In this document: one piece after another, positions 36,406 to 52,000 of the stretch | How positions within the stretch are numbered: the stretch's first letter is position 1 | Layout of the letters: every line of letters starts with the position of its first letter | NCBI GenBank assembly: GCA_029717555.1 | Contig: JAMDHS010000015.1 | Coordinates: forward strand, 186,001-250,000 | From: Peribolospora baueri | Taxonomy: Eukaryota | Direction of reading: 5' to 3' | DNA length: 64,000 nucleotides | The notes under the pieces: generated by a model | Databases searched by the model: none | Seen by the model: only the letters and a program-made list of their open reading frames with translations | What the model was told of the DNA's origin: nothing | Made by a program: the position numbers and the translations under genes

Positions 36406-37345
36406 CGCTACATACTGAATGATGAGAATAAGGGCCGCTCGTCACCAAAGCTTCGCTGAGCTCCAGGGAGGAGGAGATGCTTGCGGCCGTGAGCCGGAGC
36501 CGTGGTCTGTCTTGTCTGCCTTAACGAGATGAACGAGATGAGCGGAAAATGAAGCAACGTCTTTTTCGGTTCCTGCCAGTCCTTCCGGGCGGCCGGCTCG
36601 CTCGGGTTTAGATTCGGAGAAGTTGTGGATGCGATCTCGATTTGATCTGTTTTGATCCGTGCGAGCTCCTCCGTCCGTCTTGCTGTTCCTTTCTTTCTTC
36701 GTGGCTCGCCGTCGACATCGTTTCCGACCGAGGTTCTTCTTGTCTACCACTTCGCGCACCTTCCCCATAGCATCCCTTTTTTTCTTGTACGATCCCGCTC
36801 GTCGCTGTCGCTCTCGCCAAAGCCCTGGAAGGTCGGCAGCCGTAAGCCGTGATGAACCGACCGTCGTCCGCCCTGCTCCGCAGCGGGTGAGTAAATAAGG
36901 CAGCATCTCCGGTGCCTTCCGACCTGCTCGCCGAAACGTGACGTCGTCTTGCTCTTCTTCTTCCACTCCCTCTCTCGCCCTCCGCCGAGCCAAGTCACTC
37001 CGGGCAGCGTCGACGGCTCACCACCTTCTCCCTCCGACCCCTCCCCCGTTCGCCGCTCGCCTTGGCCGTGTCGTCGACGCCATCCCGACTCACTGGTGAG
37101 CACGAGACGCCGCACGCCGCGCTCGCCGCGTCTTCTCCCAATGGCACCGGCGGCTGCCGTCGTCCCGTTCCTGAAATATACTCACCTCTTTACCTCTTTA
37201 CCTCTTTACCTTCCACCTCTTCACCTCTCTCTTCGCTTCCTCCCTCGTCCCTCCCATCGCCCAAGCACCACCCCGTCTCACCATCTACGCCCGCTCCTCC
37301 TCCTCCTCCTCGCGACCCCCTCGCCTCGCTCCCTTCCGCACCGAC

Positions 37346-38253
37346 ATGACCTCCTCCAACTTCCCCTCCCTCGCCTCCCTCCTCGAGCGCAACGCCGCCT
37401 GGGCCTCCCGGACGTCCAAAGAGGACGCCCCGCTCCTCGAGAGCTGCGCACGAGGACAGGCGCCCAAGGTGCTCTGGATCGGATGCGCAGACTCGAGGGT
37501 GCCCGAGACGACCGTTCTCGGCGCCAAGCCAGGCGAGGTCTTTGTTCACGTGAGCGCCCGCGCGTCCCCGGCCACCCTTACAAAAAAAAAAGTATCTGAC
37601 CGCCTTCGGCCGTCTCGTTGTGCAGAGGAACATCGCCAACCAGGTCATGCTCGACGACGACAACGTCACTTCTGTCCTCACCTACGCCGTCGAAGCCCTC
37701 GGCGTGGAGCACAGTGAGTTTGGCGGGCGGGTGATCGCGGATAGATAGATAGATAGATAGATTGGATGGCTTTTTCTGAACCCCTCTCCCCCGCCGCGTC
37801 GCCGCCAGTCGTCGTCGTCGGCCACACCTCGTGCGGCGGCGTGAACGCAGGCATCGAGGGCAAAGCCGCCTCCTCCACCTCCTCCCTCGGCCGCTGGCTC
37901 ACCCCGCTCACAAACCTCGCCAAGCGCGTCGCCTCCGACTCTGGCAAGACCGGCAACGACCTGGCCGCGGCGGTCACGGAGGCCAACGTCCGTCTCCAGG
38001 TTGACAACCTCGTTCAGAATGAGATTGTGCAGGCGAATTGGAAGGGAGAGGGCGCGAGCCAGTTTCCTCACAAGGTCTGGGTTCATGGGTGAGTCGAGGA
38101 GGCCAGGACCCAAGCCGAAGCCATCTCCTTCGCCTCCTTTCTCACTCGTCTCGTCTCCCTTTCCGCGGTCGGCTGCCCGCCCCAAACAGCTGGGTCTACG
38201 ACGTCGCGACCGGTAAACTCACCGACGTCGGCGCCACCCGTGGCCCTCAGTGA
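37346..38253 (+). CDS. NCE103: Beta-class carbonic anhydrase
   Basis: GQAPKVLWIGCADSRVP, PGEVFVH|RNIAN, YAVEALGVEH|VVVVGHTSCGG, VHG|WVYDVATG. Confidence 0.95.
37740..37761. repeat. (GATA)n microsatellite in a carbonic anhydrase intron
   Basis: About 5 GATA units seen directly. Confidence 0.8.
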
Positions 38254-38515
38254 GGGTAGAACGTAGGGTAGGCTAGGGTAGGCGTCTTTATGTTATGCCC
38301 CTCGAGCAAACGTGGACGTCTCCGCTACGGAAGAGAAAGCGAGCCGGCGGGTTCTGCCAGCTGCCAGTCAGGAGTGTCTACCGTCCGACGCATCCGTCTC
38401 CACTTGGGACAATGTCATACATACATAGACCGCGGGTACCTCTCCATGTAAGAGAGAAAGAGAAGTGTGGACAATCTCTAATATTAATAACGGCCACCGT
38501 CCCGTCTCCTATCGA

Positions 38516-40347
38516 TCATGCAAAGCTCCACGCGCCCAATCCCGCCATGACACCCGACACCTCGTCCGCGCCGACCCGCTTCAGCTCGTCCAGCAGCCCG
38601 TCGTCGGCGTCGGCGTTGCGCGGTACGGCCATGCCGAAGCCCGCGCCGCCGACGTTCGACTCGTACACTGTGAAGTAGTGCGAGTGGAGCGTGGCGACCA
38701 ACGATCGTACTTCGGCTTCTGGTACCGCTGGGAAGGGGTGCCGGTGATGGTGGTGCGTGGCGGTCAACAGAATAAAACATCGGGTAAGCTCCTTAAAACA
38801 CCCAGTTCGGACCACCGCGTCTCTTACCATCGGGCACGAGGACGATCCCACAACCTCCACCGCCAGCGCCCGTCAGTTTGGCCTTCAAGCCGAGTCGACC
38901 ACCGTCGTCGTGCTCCTTGACCAGCGCGCGCATCTCCTCGAGGCGCGGGTGAGAGACTTGAAGAGACGCTAGCAGCGCGTGGTTTCGGTCCATCAGCGCC
39001 TGCATGTTCGTTTCGTGAGAAAAAAAAATATTTGAACCAACGGGTCCTCCTCGAAAAGCCGGCACAGACGATGATGCAAAAATCGCCCACTCACCCCGAG
39101 CCTCTCGGTCAATTCCGCTCTCGACAGCTTGGCGTCCGAGAGCGCCTCGACCGCCTTCTCGCTCAGCGAGTGTATTTCGTCCAACGCCGCGTTCGCCCGC
39201 CCTGGCTCGTTGGCTTTTTGCTCGCCCACTTTGGCCACGAGTGCCTTTGTGTCGCGAGGGACGCGTGTGTCGACGAGGAGGAAGCGGAGCGATTTGAAGC
39301 TGGCAGGCAGGACGGCGCAAGTCGGGTCGGGTCAGCTGGCCGAGTCGGCTCTTCAAAATGATCAGGACCAGCTGGCCGGTGAGAGAGCTCACCCCTTGAG
39401 CAACCGAACCTGCGCCTCCCGCCCTTCCTCCTTATTGGCCCTCACAAAGCTCAATGCCCCGCCATGCGTGCTCATCAGGTTGTCGATCCCCGAAGGGTTG
39501 CCGTGTATCACCTTTTCGCCCACGAACGCCCACGCGTTCACCAGGGCGGCGGAGGGAGCGGAGATGGTGGGGCCGGCGCCAGCGTGTTCGTGGTCGTGGC
39601 CTGCCGCGGGAAGGGGGACGTGAGAGTGGGAGAGGAGGATCGAAGAGGCTAAGCAGACGGAGAAGGCCGAGGAGGAGCCGAGGCCGGCCGAGCGGGGGAG
39701 GGAGGCGCGAAGGAGGAAAGTCTGGCCGAGGCTGCGAGAAATCGTGACGGGTGTTGGGACGGGTGGGGTCATACGACGGACAAGAGCGACGGCAACTCCA
39801 CTCACCGGGTATCCCCTTTGGCCAAATTCATGTACAACACCAAAAACGCACACGCGGCCGTCTCCAGCGTCTTCCTCCTCTCCTCCTCGGCCACGCCCTC
39901 GAGGGAAAGAAGAACGAGGTCGTCGATCCTCTCCAGCAGCTTCTTCTCCAGGGCGAACGTGTCTGGCTGGAGGTCTGTAAAGCTGGCGGGCGAAGGGTGG
40001 CGTGGTACGAGATCCCAAGGGAGGGTCGAGAGAGGCCAGGAGTGAGAGAAGCCAATGTCGGGCAGGTGGAGGGTGACGGCGGAGGTGGTCGCTGGGAGGA
40101 CGAGACCGTAGCAGCGGAGGTCCAACGAGGCTGCCACCGCCGTCTGGGCGGAGATAGAAGAAGTACGGGCGAGCGTCGTGATGGTGATCAGCTGCCGCCG
40201 ACAGTGGTAGGCGCTACGCTGAACGGGCCGACTCACCTTGCCGTGAACGACGGCATGCTCGCCATACAAGATGATCTTGCCCGGCGCGCTGACGAGCAGC
40301 GGCTGGCTAGCGTCCAGGAAGCGCGGTCGCGGCTGAGCGTGCGTCAT
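38516..40347 (-). CDS. ERG12: Mevalonate kinase
   Basis: SAPGKIILYGEHAVVHGK, LPRSAGLGSSSA, EKVIHGNPSGIDN, AKLTGAGGGGC (GHMP kinase motifs). Confidence 0.96.
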
Positions 40348-41092
40348 TTCAACGTCGTCCGGGCCGCTGGGTGGAGAGAAAATGAGTGTGGGTAGGATTG
40401 GGGGTAGGTTGGGTTGGGTATCTAGAGAAGTAAAGTAGATGGACGACCTCCTCCTCGCCAGCCGCCGCCGCTGTCGGTGCCTGGGCCGGGAAGGACGTCC
40501 AACTTGCCGCAGCTGCCGCTCGCGTTAAATGGACCGCGGACCGCGGCCGGCCGCAGCACCAGCGGCGGTGTATTGCGCACGTGACGGACGACGATGACGA
40601 CGACGCCGCTTCACCGCAGCTCGAAGCTTCAACGACGCCCTGGCGAGCTACGTTGTCGAGCATGGCCTCGACGGCTCGGTCAGCAAGCAGACGAGCGAGA
40701 GTGCTTCCCTCTCACCCTTTCGCCTCGATCCGGCGTGCTCGCTCTGCGCTTGTTGCGATGGCCGTTTGGAGGTCGGCCACTGCCGACTGCGAGTGCCTGT
40801 TCTTTCGTTTTGTATGACGATCAGAGGGCTCTTTACCGCTTTCCTCCGATGATAAGGCTGGTCGCTAAAAGATTGCATGCACTTCCATGAAATGTCGGAG
40901 GCGAGGCGGAACGAGACGCACGCCGCCGCCGTCAGATCGAGCGAGGCGAACGAACGGGATGTGATGTGATCGCCGGCGACTCCGGATTGCCGCAGAGCGC
41001 GCCCAGCTCCAACCAAACACAGCCTGCTCCTCTTTCTGACGTCGTCGGCTATGCTATGCCTGTTGGCTAAACCACCACCGCCCCCATCAACC

Positions 41093-44000
41093 ATGGCCCC
41101 CACCTCGCCGCCGCTCTCCATGCCTGTCGCCCAGCTTCCCGTCCTACCTCCTTCTCCTAACCGCACGTCTCCTCGCCAACACAACTACTCCACACAACGC
41201 GCATACCCCATGCTCACGCCCATGCCCATGCCCGCCGACGCTCCCGGGCCAACCTCTTCGTCGCCTGACTTCTTCGCTACCCTTCCCCGAGGTCGGCTTC
41301 ATCGCCCCGCCGCCATCGGCCGACCTGCTTCGGTGCCCAGCGCCGCCTCGGGCGACCAGACCTGCCTCGGTGCCCTCCCAGCCGCCTCCACCAGCTCCCT
41401 TCTCCGACCCGCCGCGCCCGGGCACGACCACGACCACGACCACGACGACGACCGCGAGAACGAGTGCGGCAAGGAAAAGGGCAAGGAAAAGGAAAAGGGC
41501 AGGGGCCTCCTCCGTTGGGGCCGGCGGGCGGGCAGGACCGGCGGCGCTGCGCCCGTCACGGAGGTGGGAAAGCAACCTGCGCGTCCATCTCAGTCTGGAA
41601 AGCAACCTGCGCCTCCATCCCAGCCTCTCCACGACACCGCCGCCCCCAACCACTCGGCCGACAACTGCTCCGTCTGCGTCGACCGAGCGCTCAAACGGGC
41701 CATCGCCCTATCCGAGTCCGAGTTCCAGCTCCAGCAGGCCATCGAGGCTAGCGCGCGGGAGGAGGAGGAAAGGATGCTGGCGGAGAGCGTGAGGGAGGCG
41801 GAGGAGGATCGAAAATGGAGAGAGGCGATGCGACGGGAAGAGGAGGAGAGGTCGATTCGAGAAGCCATACGGCGGGAGAGGCAGGAGAGGCTCCACAACC
41901 GCCACCATCGCTCCACCCACCACCGGGCCGACGACGAGTCCGACCGGCGCCTCCATGCACGAGAGGAGGAAGACTTCCAAAAAGCGTTGAGGCTCAGCAT
42001 GATATCCGTCCCGCCTCCACGCTCCCATCACACCGACGCGCCTGTCTCAGCCTACCCGTCCACCTCCCAACCGCCGCGGTCGTCGCCTGGCCCCGTCGAG
42101 AGCTCGGCTAGGCCCCTCACTTTTCCGCCCAGCTCCCCGCCTCATGCATCTTCGTCGGCTGCAGCCGGGCTGGACTCGCAAGCAGCGCTCCAAAGTCGAG
42201 ACCCCCTTGAAGGCTTTGACGATCTTCGGGTCGACGACGCCCAGCCGTCCGAGAGTCCACCCCCTTATCAGTCGTCAGACCCCTCGGGGCCCCCCAGGGC
42301 GCCCTCTAGTTCTGCCCGTCCCGCTTCCCCTCAGCCACCGCCCGTCCCACCGAAGGGCCCATCCGCTTCTGTCTTGTCATCCTCCGCTCTTCCATCGCAT
42401 CTTCGCCCGTCGTCGCAATGTGACGCACCATCGACGTCACTGACCGCCAGCCCGACCGCGGATGTCGACGGGTCTGTAAGGCCCATTCGGCCGCTCCCAC
42501 CTCCGCCGGCAGGTGCGCCCACACAGGGAGCGTTTCCTACCGACGTGCTCGGTGTGCTCCTTGCGGCTAGCGCGCTTTCTGATGTTCCCGCAGGATCATC
42601 GCCTGAGCCCAGGGCCAGCGAGACCGACGAACCGACTTGCGACGACTCTGCGTACGTGGAGGAGCTTCGGGACGACGAAGATCCATTTCGAGATCCCGAC
42701 TCGGATGAAGATTATTCGCCATGGTCGGAGACGCGTCCAAATACCGGCGATGCTTCGCCCGCCGCTACCACGGCATCCTTCGAACAGCTTCCGCATCTCA
42801 CCCCTTCCGCCGACGCCGATCGACGAGAGCGCACGTCCAGTATCGCCAGCGCCTCCGTCTCCGTCTCCGTCCTCGCTTCTGCGACGCTCCAGAGTGTCGA
42901 GCCGACCACCTCGTCCCTTCCGACGGAGGAACAGGAGCGGCCGGTGACCGCATCCGGCACGAGCCAGGACGCTAGCGCGAGCGTCACCATGGAATCGCCT
43001 CCCGCGTCCACCCTGGACGTGACGGCCGCCGCCGGTCTGACGTCGCCTGACTCGACCGCTGCAGCCGGCGACGAAAGCGGCAGGGCGATGGACGAAGGCT
43101 TGCACTCCCAGCTCGCGGCCGAGTACGGGCCGGAGAGCACATCGGCTAGCGCCGCTCGCGTTCTCTCTTGCACGCGCTTCTCCTACGCGAGAACGCCTTT
43201 TACCTACACATCCCCCACGTCGACACCTCTCCCCGAGTCGCGATCCGGTTCGCCTGTCGTTTCCACCTTTCCTTCGGTCATCTACCTCTCCTCGTCCGCG
43301 CGCGCCGAAGCGGAGACGGCGGAGACGGGCGCGGGCGTCGACCCTAGCGCCCTCGGGCACCGTTACTTCTGCATTGCTACCACCACGTGGCGGAATCTGT
43401 TAAGCACGCTCACCTACTTTGGCAACACGCGCATCGAGGGCGCAGCACGGGAGATCGCAGAGGCAGAGGGGGAGGACCTTCGTCTGGGCGTAGAGCTCGA
43501 GTTCTCTCCTCACTTTGACGTCGCGACCGGTGGAGCGATCAAGAACGCGGTGAACTTGACGGGCAAGGAAGGCAACCCGGTCGTGGGACTGTGCCTCTCC
43601 TTGGCCCAAAAATCCTTCCTCGCTCGACACCCGGACGGACCGGGAGTGCCGCGCACGGTGGGCGACTCGAACCGTAAATTCGTTTCCTTGCCCCGCGCGG
43701 CACCGGCGCTGCCCATGACGCTCACCGCGCTCGTGCAGCACCTCCACGCGGCGCACATCTCCAGCGCTGCCTGTCCGACGACGAACATGAGCGCATATTA
43801 TAGCTCCAAGGCGCTCGCGGTCGCGATCGACAAGACCGGCGGGGGAGGGTTCGATTTACGGGACGAGCCTGGCGTGGAGGGGGAGGACGAAGGTGGGATG
43901 ATGAAGAGGCTCAAGGAGAGGGTGGGACAGAGGTGGGCGAAGAAGGCCGGCCCTGGGAGAGGTGGCGTTGACGAGGTGAGTGGGGCTGAGCAGGCGATCA

Positions 44001-44119
44001 CTTGCGTTCGACGCTGACCTTTATTCTTCCACTTCCTCTTTCTTCCTGGTCGCCTGCTCTTGTCCACGTAGGACCTCATGTTCTGTATCACGCCCTGGTC
44101 TGTCCCGGAAGATCTTTGA
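41093..44119 (+). CDS. Uncharacterised ~980-aa protein with UIM-like motifs, a PPxY motif and an unknown C-terminal domain
   Basis: Long open frame from MAPTSPP. Probable last intron 43976-44071 followed by exon DLMFCITPWSVPEDL*. Motifs: LKRAIALSESE, LQQAIEASARE, FQKALRLS, SPPPY. Confidence 0.8.
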
Positions 44120-44514
44120 AGCCCGAGGGCAAACTTGGGAGTTCAACTTGGGCGTTCTTGGTCTGTATCGATCATCGCTTCCGCACTTGCTTTTTCACTC
44201 TTTCCATACCATATACCATTCTGACGCCGACATCCGGCGGTCTCCGTGCCTGCACGCAGGCTTTTCGGTCCTTGATCTTCGCCATTCCCAGCGCTTGCGT
44301 CCATCGTTCGCATTTCCCGGACGTTTCGTGCATCTGCCTGTGTATTACAGAGGAGACGCCCCTTGCTTGGCTTCGTATACATGATATGATGTCTTATTAG
44401 TCGATCGACCGTATGTGTAGTCATGTCATATCCTGAGCTGATCCGGGTTGCCCCTCTGGTGTGATTGATCGGTTGGCGAGGCGAGGCGAGGCGCTGGCCG
44501 CAGCAGGCCCATTT

Positions 44515-44545
44515 ACGCGAGGCGCGGCCGAGCGCGCCGACGCGT
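44515..44545. promoter_or_regulatory. MCB-like elements (ACGCGA, ACGCGT) upstream of MCM6
   Basis: ACGCGA at 44515 and ACGCGT at 44540, about 145-175 bp before the ATG of a DNA-replication gene. Confidence 0.45.
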
Positions 44546-44687
44546 CCGTCCTTTTCATTTCCCGCCATCCTCGGAACGTCGACCAGAGTTTGTCCCCTCC
44601 ATCGCTGGTCACCACTCCGCACGTCCTTCCTTTTGACGCCCTCATATCTGACATCCATCTCGCCGCCCTCCTCCACCGCCCCTCACG

Positions 44688-48169
<3,482 letters not shown>

Positions 48170-48430
48170 CCGACGGCTTGGCCTGTACATTTACTTGAGC
48201 GAGCTTTTCTTTTTTTTTCTCGTGTGCCGATATTTAATATACCCTTCTCTTCCCTCTCGGTGCGAATGATGTGCGTGGTCTGCCAAAACTTGCCCTCGCA
48301 GCTTGGACCTCGAGGGACGATGCACTGGGCGAGAGGCAGGATCGGGATCGCTGTCGATGGAAGATTTGTCACAGGGCATTTCCTAATCATCTGGTTAGTA
48401 CGGTCAGCGCGGAACTGTTAGAATGCTTGA

Positions 48431-48503
48431 AGCAGGGTGTCGCAGCTGGAAGCGAGCTGGGCTCATAACCCAGATGTCCCTGGATCGAAACCAGGCCCTG
48501 CTA
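48431..48503 (+). tRNA. Initiator tRNA-Met (CAT), intronless
   Basis: Acceptor stem AGCAGGG/CCCTGCT (A1:U72), D stem TCGC/GCGA, anticodon stem CTGGG/CCCAG with loop CTCATAA, T stem CCTGG/CCAGG with ATCGAAA loop (A54/A60). T-runs follow. Confidence 0.96.
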
Positions 48504-48509
48504 AGCGTA

Positions 48510-48535
48510 ATTTGTTTTTATTTTTTTATTTTTTG
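48510..48535 (+). terminator. Pol III oligo-T terminator
   Basis: TTTTT and TTTTTTT runs lie immediately downstream of the tRNA. Confidence 0.75.
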
Positions 48536-49030
48536 CGTCTCTTCGTTTGCTCCCTTCAGCAAAGAACAAGGGTGCAGATGAAATTCCAATCAATAGCCGG
48601 AAGGAAGAAGGCGCGTATCACGGGCCCGTGCCTGACGCGATCGCCCGCCGCAGCAATGAGCGTGGACGTGCCCATACCGCTGCCTCTGGTGTCGCCATCG
48701 CTTTCACGACAAGAACGAAGCAAGTCCACTCCCATCTTCCAGTTCCAGACTCTCACCATCGACGCCATTGCCGACTGCTCGCCCTTGTGTCCTCCTCGTC
48801 CGCGCCTTTCATTGCCCCATCTACCGCCCCGTCCCCTTCGCCCAGTCCTCTCCGCGCCAAGCTCCTCCGCTACCCCTCCGATCGCGCTCGGCCGTGCGCG
48901 GTGGACATCCCTTCGATCATCATTCCACCCCAGTGTTCCCATTTCCGTCTCTCAAGCTGGCCTCGACGCTCCCCTTCTTCTACCCCCCAGCTGGACCGCC
49001 GGTTCACTGCCGATCACGGGGCCCCGGAAG

Positions 49031-52000
49031 ATGACATCTCACTCCAGCCTCTTTCCTTTCTTCCGAGGAGGCGGCCAGAGCCAGCCGGCCCCGGGCGATG
49101 GGAGCGGCAAACCGAGCCCAAATTCCTCTCCACCGGATCAGAGCTCGTCTCCGTCCGTCACAGGATCGAGCGCCGCTGTGTCTTCCGTCGTGATACCCAA
49201 GATGACAACTGTCGTCGCCGACGATGCACCTTCCCCTCCAGCGCCGCCCGCCGCCGCGGGCGAGCTCATATCTTCTCCCCTTGTGTCCGACGCCGCTTCC
49301 TCAGCTCTCGTCCGATACGCCCAATCGTCTACTCTCCTCCCCGAGCACCTTGCCCAGCTGATCACCGCTGCGAGTCTTGCCGCCAGCGTGAGCCTGCGCG
49401 CCAGCGCGCTGTTCGTCGAAGCCATCCTCGAAGGCGCCAAGTACAGCACTTCGACCGGCTTGGGCTTGACGAGACGCGCTCTCGTCGGCGCTGTGGGTAT
49501 GGCGAGGTATGGGCATTTCTTGACTGGAGATAGAGGCGGGAATGAGTGAGTCTTAGACGGCGTTGATGACGCGCCAGGGAGAAGCGTGCTTCTCTCGCCG
49601 TGCCCTACCGTCGGCTCCCTCGTCCTTTCGGCCACCTCGTAGCTGACGAAACCCCTTTCCCCTTCCTCCTTTTCGCAGCGAATCCTATCTTAAAGTCCTG
49701 GACAAATACACCAACCTGGGTATCTACCTCATCCACCACACCTTTACCCTCGCCGAGCTCTTTGCCATGAGCGGCTTCTACCTTACCTCCACCGGCATAC
49801 AAGCTGGCATATCCGTACGTGAATGGGAGGAGAAAGGATCAGTCCTAGATCTATCTGCTTTGAGTATGTTCTCTTATGCGCATCTTCCCTTGCCTGTTCT
49901 ACACCTTCCCCTATACAGGCCGCTGACGAGTCGGTTCGGATGATCGATGGCATATTCGGCTCCAACGAGACCTCGCGCGCGCTCGCGGCGATCATCACGC
50001 TCGTCCGTCGCGAGTTCTCTGACGACCCTCGCGTCTCAGGTTCTGCGCTCAGCAAGGCCGGCCGGCTCGCTTCCATTGCGGCCTTGACCAAAGCGCTCAC
50101 GGCGTTTGCGTGTTTGCAGAATGCGACGAGGAGGCGCACGGCGAGGGAGATGGGACTCCAGGTGGTGTACGACTGCACCGTCGTCAAGGAGCGGCGCGGA
50201 GAGACGACGGGCTGGTGGTGGCAGTCCGGCAAGGCTGCTGCCGCGTCCGAACCGAGCCGGCCGGTGGACGCGGCCACACCGAGAGCGGACGACGGTCCTT
50301 CCCTTCGTGCCTCGCAGGATCCTGACTCGACCGCTTCGGCGGCTTCCTTTGGCGCCGTACGCACCTCTCACGTCGATGGACGTGCGAGCGCGGCCAGCAC
50401 TTGGACTCGCCGCCATGGTCGGGATCGGACATTGTCGGGCGACCTGCTCATGACCGACGTCCGATCGGTGTTGGAGCGCGACCTGGCCGATGAGTTCGCT
50501 CATGCCGGCGATGGTACATCCGATGGTCGAGACATCGCTTCTCCTCCGCCGGAGAGTCGCAGCGGTCAAATCGGCAAAGGCGAGAGAGCGCAGCAGCAGC
50601 AGGACGAGGAGAAGAGGGGGCTCGTCGAGGAGCTGGAGTACCTCGTGGGCGAGTCTGGTGACAGCAGCGAGGAAGACGAGCGTGGCGTGGAGACGGCCCT
50701 GGGCGAGAGCTCCGAGCGTGTCAGGACGAGAGCGGCGGCTGGCCTTCCCTCGGACGTCCTCCGTCTCATCGACTCGGCGCCGGAAAGCGACCTCGAGCGC
50801 GGAATCGTCCTTGAAGGCGATGGCGCTGGCCCGAGTCGAGATCGCGGGACGACGGTGATCCGCAAGCGCAAAGCCGGCAATCAAGGCGCAGCCTTTCATG
50901 AGGAGGTCTACGAGATCACCACCGAGACGACCGAGACGGTTACCACGGAGACGAGGGTCTTCCAGCGACGTGTCGAGGACGACGGCTCCACTTCGCTTCA
51001 GCCCGTCTCCTTGAACGACAGACGAGGACGTCGCGACTCGCTCATACCGGACGATGAATGGGTCGAGGTGGCTGGCATGCTCGCCCTTGGCGGCACTGAT
51101 CCCGACGGCGTCCGTGTCCATGACCGCCGGAGGGGCGGTCCAGGATCCGGCGGGGACGAGCTGATGGCGAATGTGACCGACGATGAGCTCGAGCGCGCCC
51201 TCATCCTGAACTCGGCGGAGATCCCCGAGGCTCCTAACGGCGGCGTCGGAACGGCCGGACGAGGCGTCGCGGCTCTAAGCCGCATGGACTCGCTCCAGCA
51301 TCCGCACGAGAGCGCGCAAAAGTTCCAAGTCGTCCTGCGCACCATGACCAAAAAGCTCGTACAGAAGAGGAAGCTCGTTCGCAAGGTTCAGCACATCGGA
51401 GGGGGCAGAGACGCTGACGTCGATGGGCGCGCTACCCCCGGCGCCCCTGTGGAGGAGAAGAGAAGCAAGCTCTTGCCGGGCATCGGGGGCAGGAAGGCGG
51501 ACCGCAGTCCATTCCGCGGGTCGCCTGTCGCGAGCGTCAAAGAGCTCCCGGCCAGTGCTACCTCTTCTTCTGCGAGTACGCCGCCCTCGGGGTCTCTCGC
51601 AATCTTCAGCTCCGGTCAACATCAACATCCGCTTCGCAAGGTCTCCAGCGGCGGACTCGGTGGCGCCGGCGTCGCTCGTGCATTCAGCAGGGCCAGACAT
51701 ACGCTCGGCAACGCCATGAGCGGTCCCTTTTCCGGCGCTGACAAGGGCAAAGCCAAGGAGCGCGCACGGTTCCAAGGCGCGCTTCCCGCAGACGGACCAA
51801 CTCCTCCGCAGGTCGGCCCCGCTCCCGAGGTGGAAATGATGGACGCGACTGAGGCCTCGAATGCGCAGGCGGGGCGGCCGTTCCCGATGAACGACGGAGC
51901 CGACGCGCACGATTTGTCCAAGGACCTCCCGCCCATCGTCGAAGGCGCTCTCGATACCGTGCGTTCGCACGGAGGCAGGGTTCGAGGTCGTCGGCCTCTG

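Noticed and set aside
36419..36459. ATGATGA...CTGA resembling a C/D snoRNA
   Set aside because: Only ~40 nt, lies in the LSM6 3' UTR, and has no evident terminal stem or guide.
37141..37599. Out-of-frame upstream ATG ORF overlapping the carbonic anhydrase start
   Set aside because: An AT-rich element and a CT-rich tract lie downstream of this ATG, so the transcript probably starts after it.
32129..40347. Rhomboid near ERG12 as a possible SREBP/sterol module
   Set aside because: This rhomboid has a cysteine-rich luminal loop and long N-terminus, and I see nothing linking it to the Rbd2/RbdB type. Unrelated genes lie between them.
40600..40850. Coding-looking stretch (FNDALASYVVEHGLDG...) between ERG12 and the UIM gene
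   Set aside because: No start codon or clear splice acceptor in frame, and too short to support.
48437..49030. ORF extension upstream of the lipase start running through the tRNA
   Set aside because: It overlaps the tRNA and its terminator. The plausible start is the ATG at 49031.
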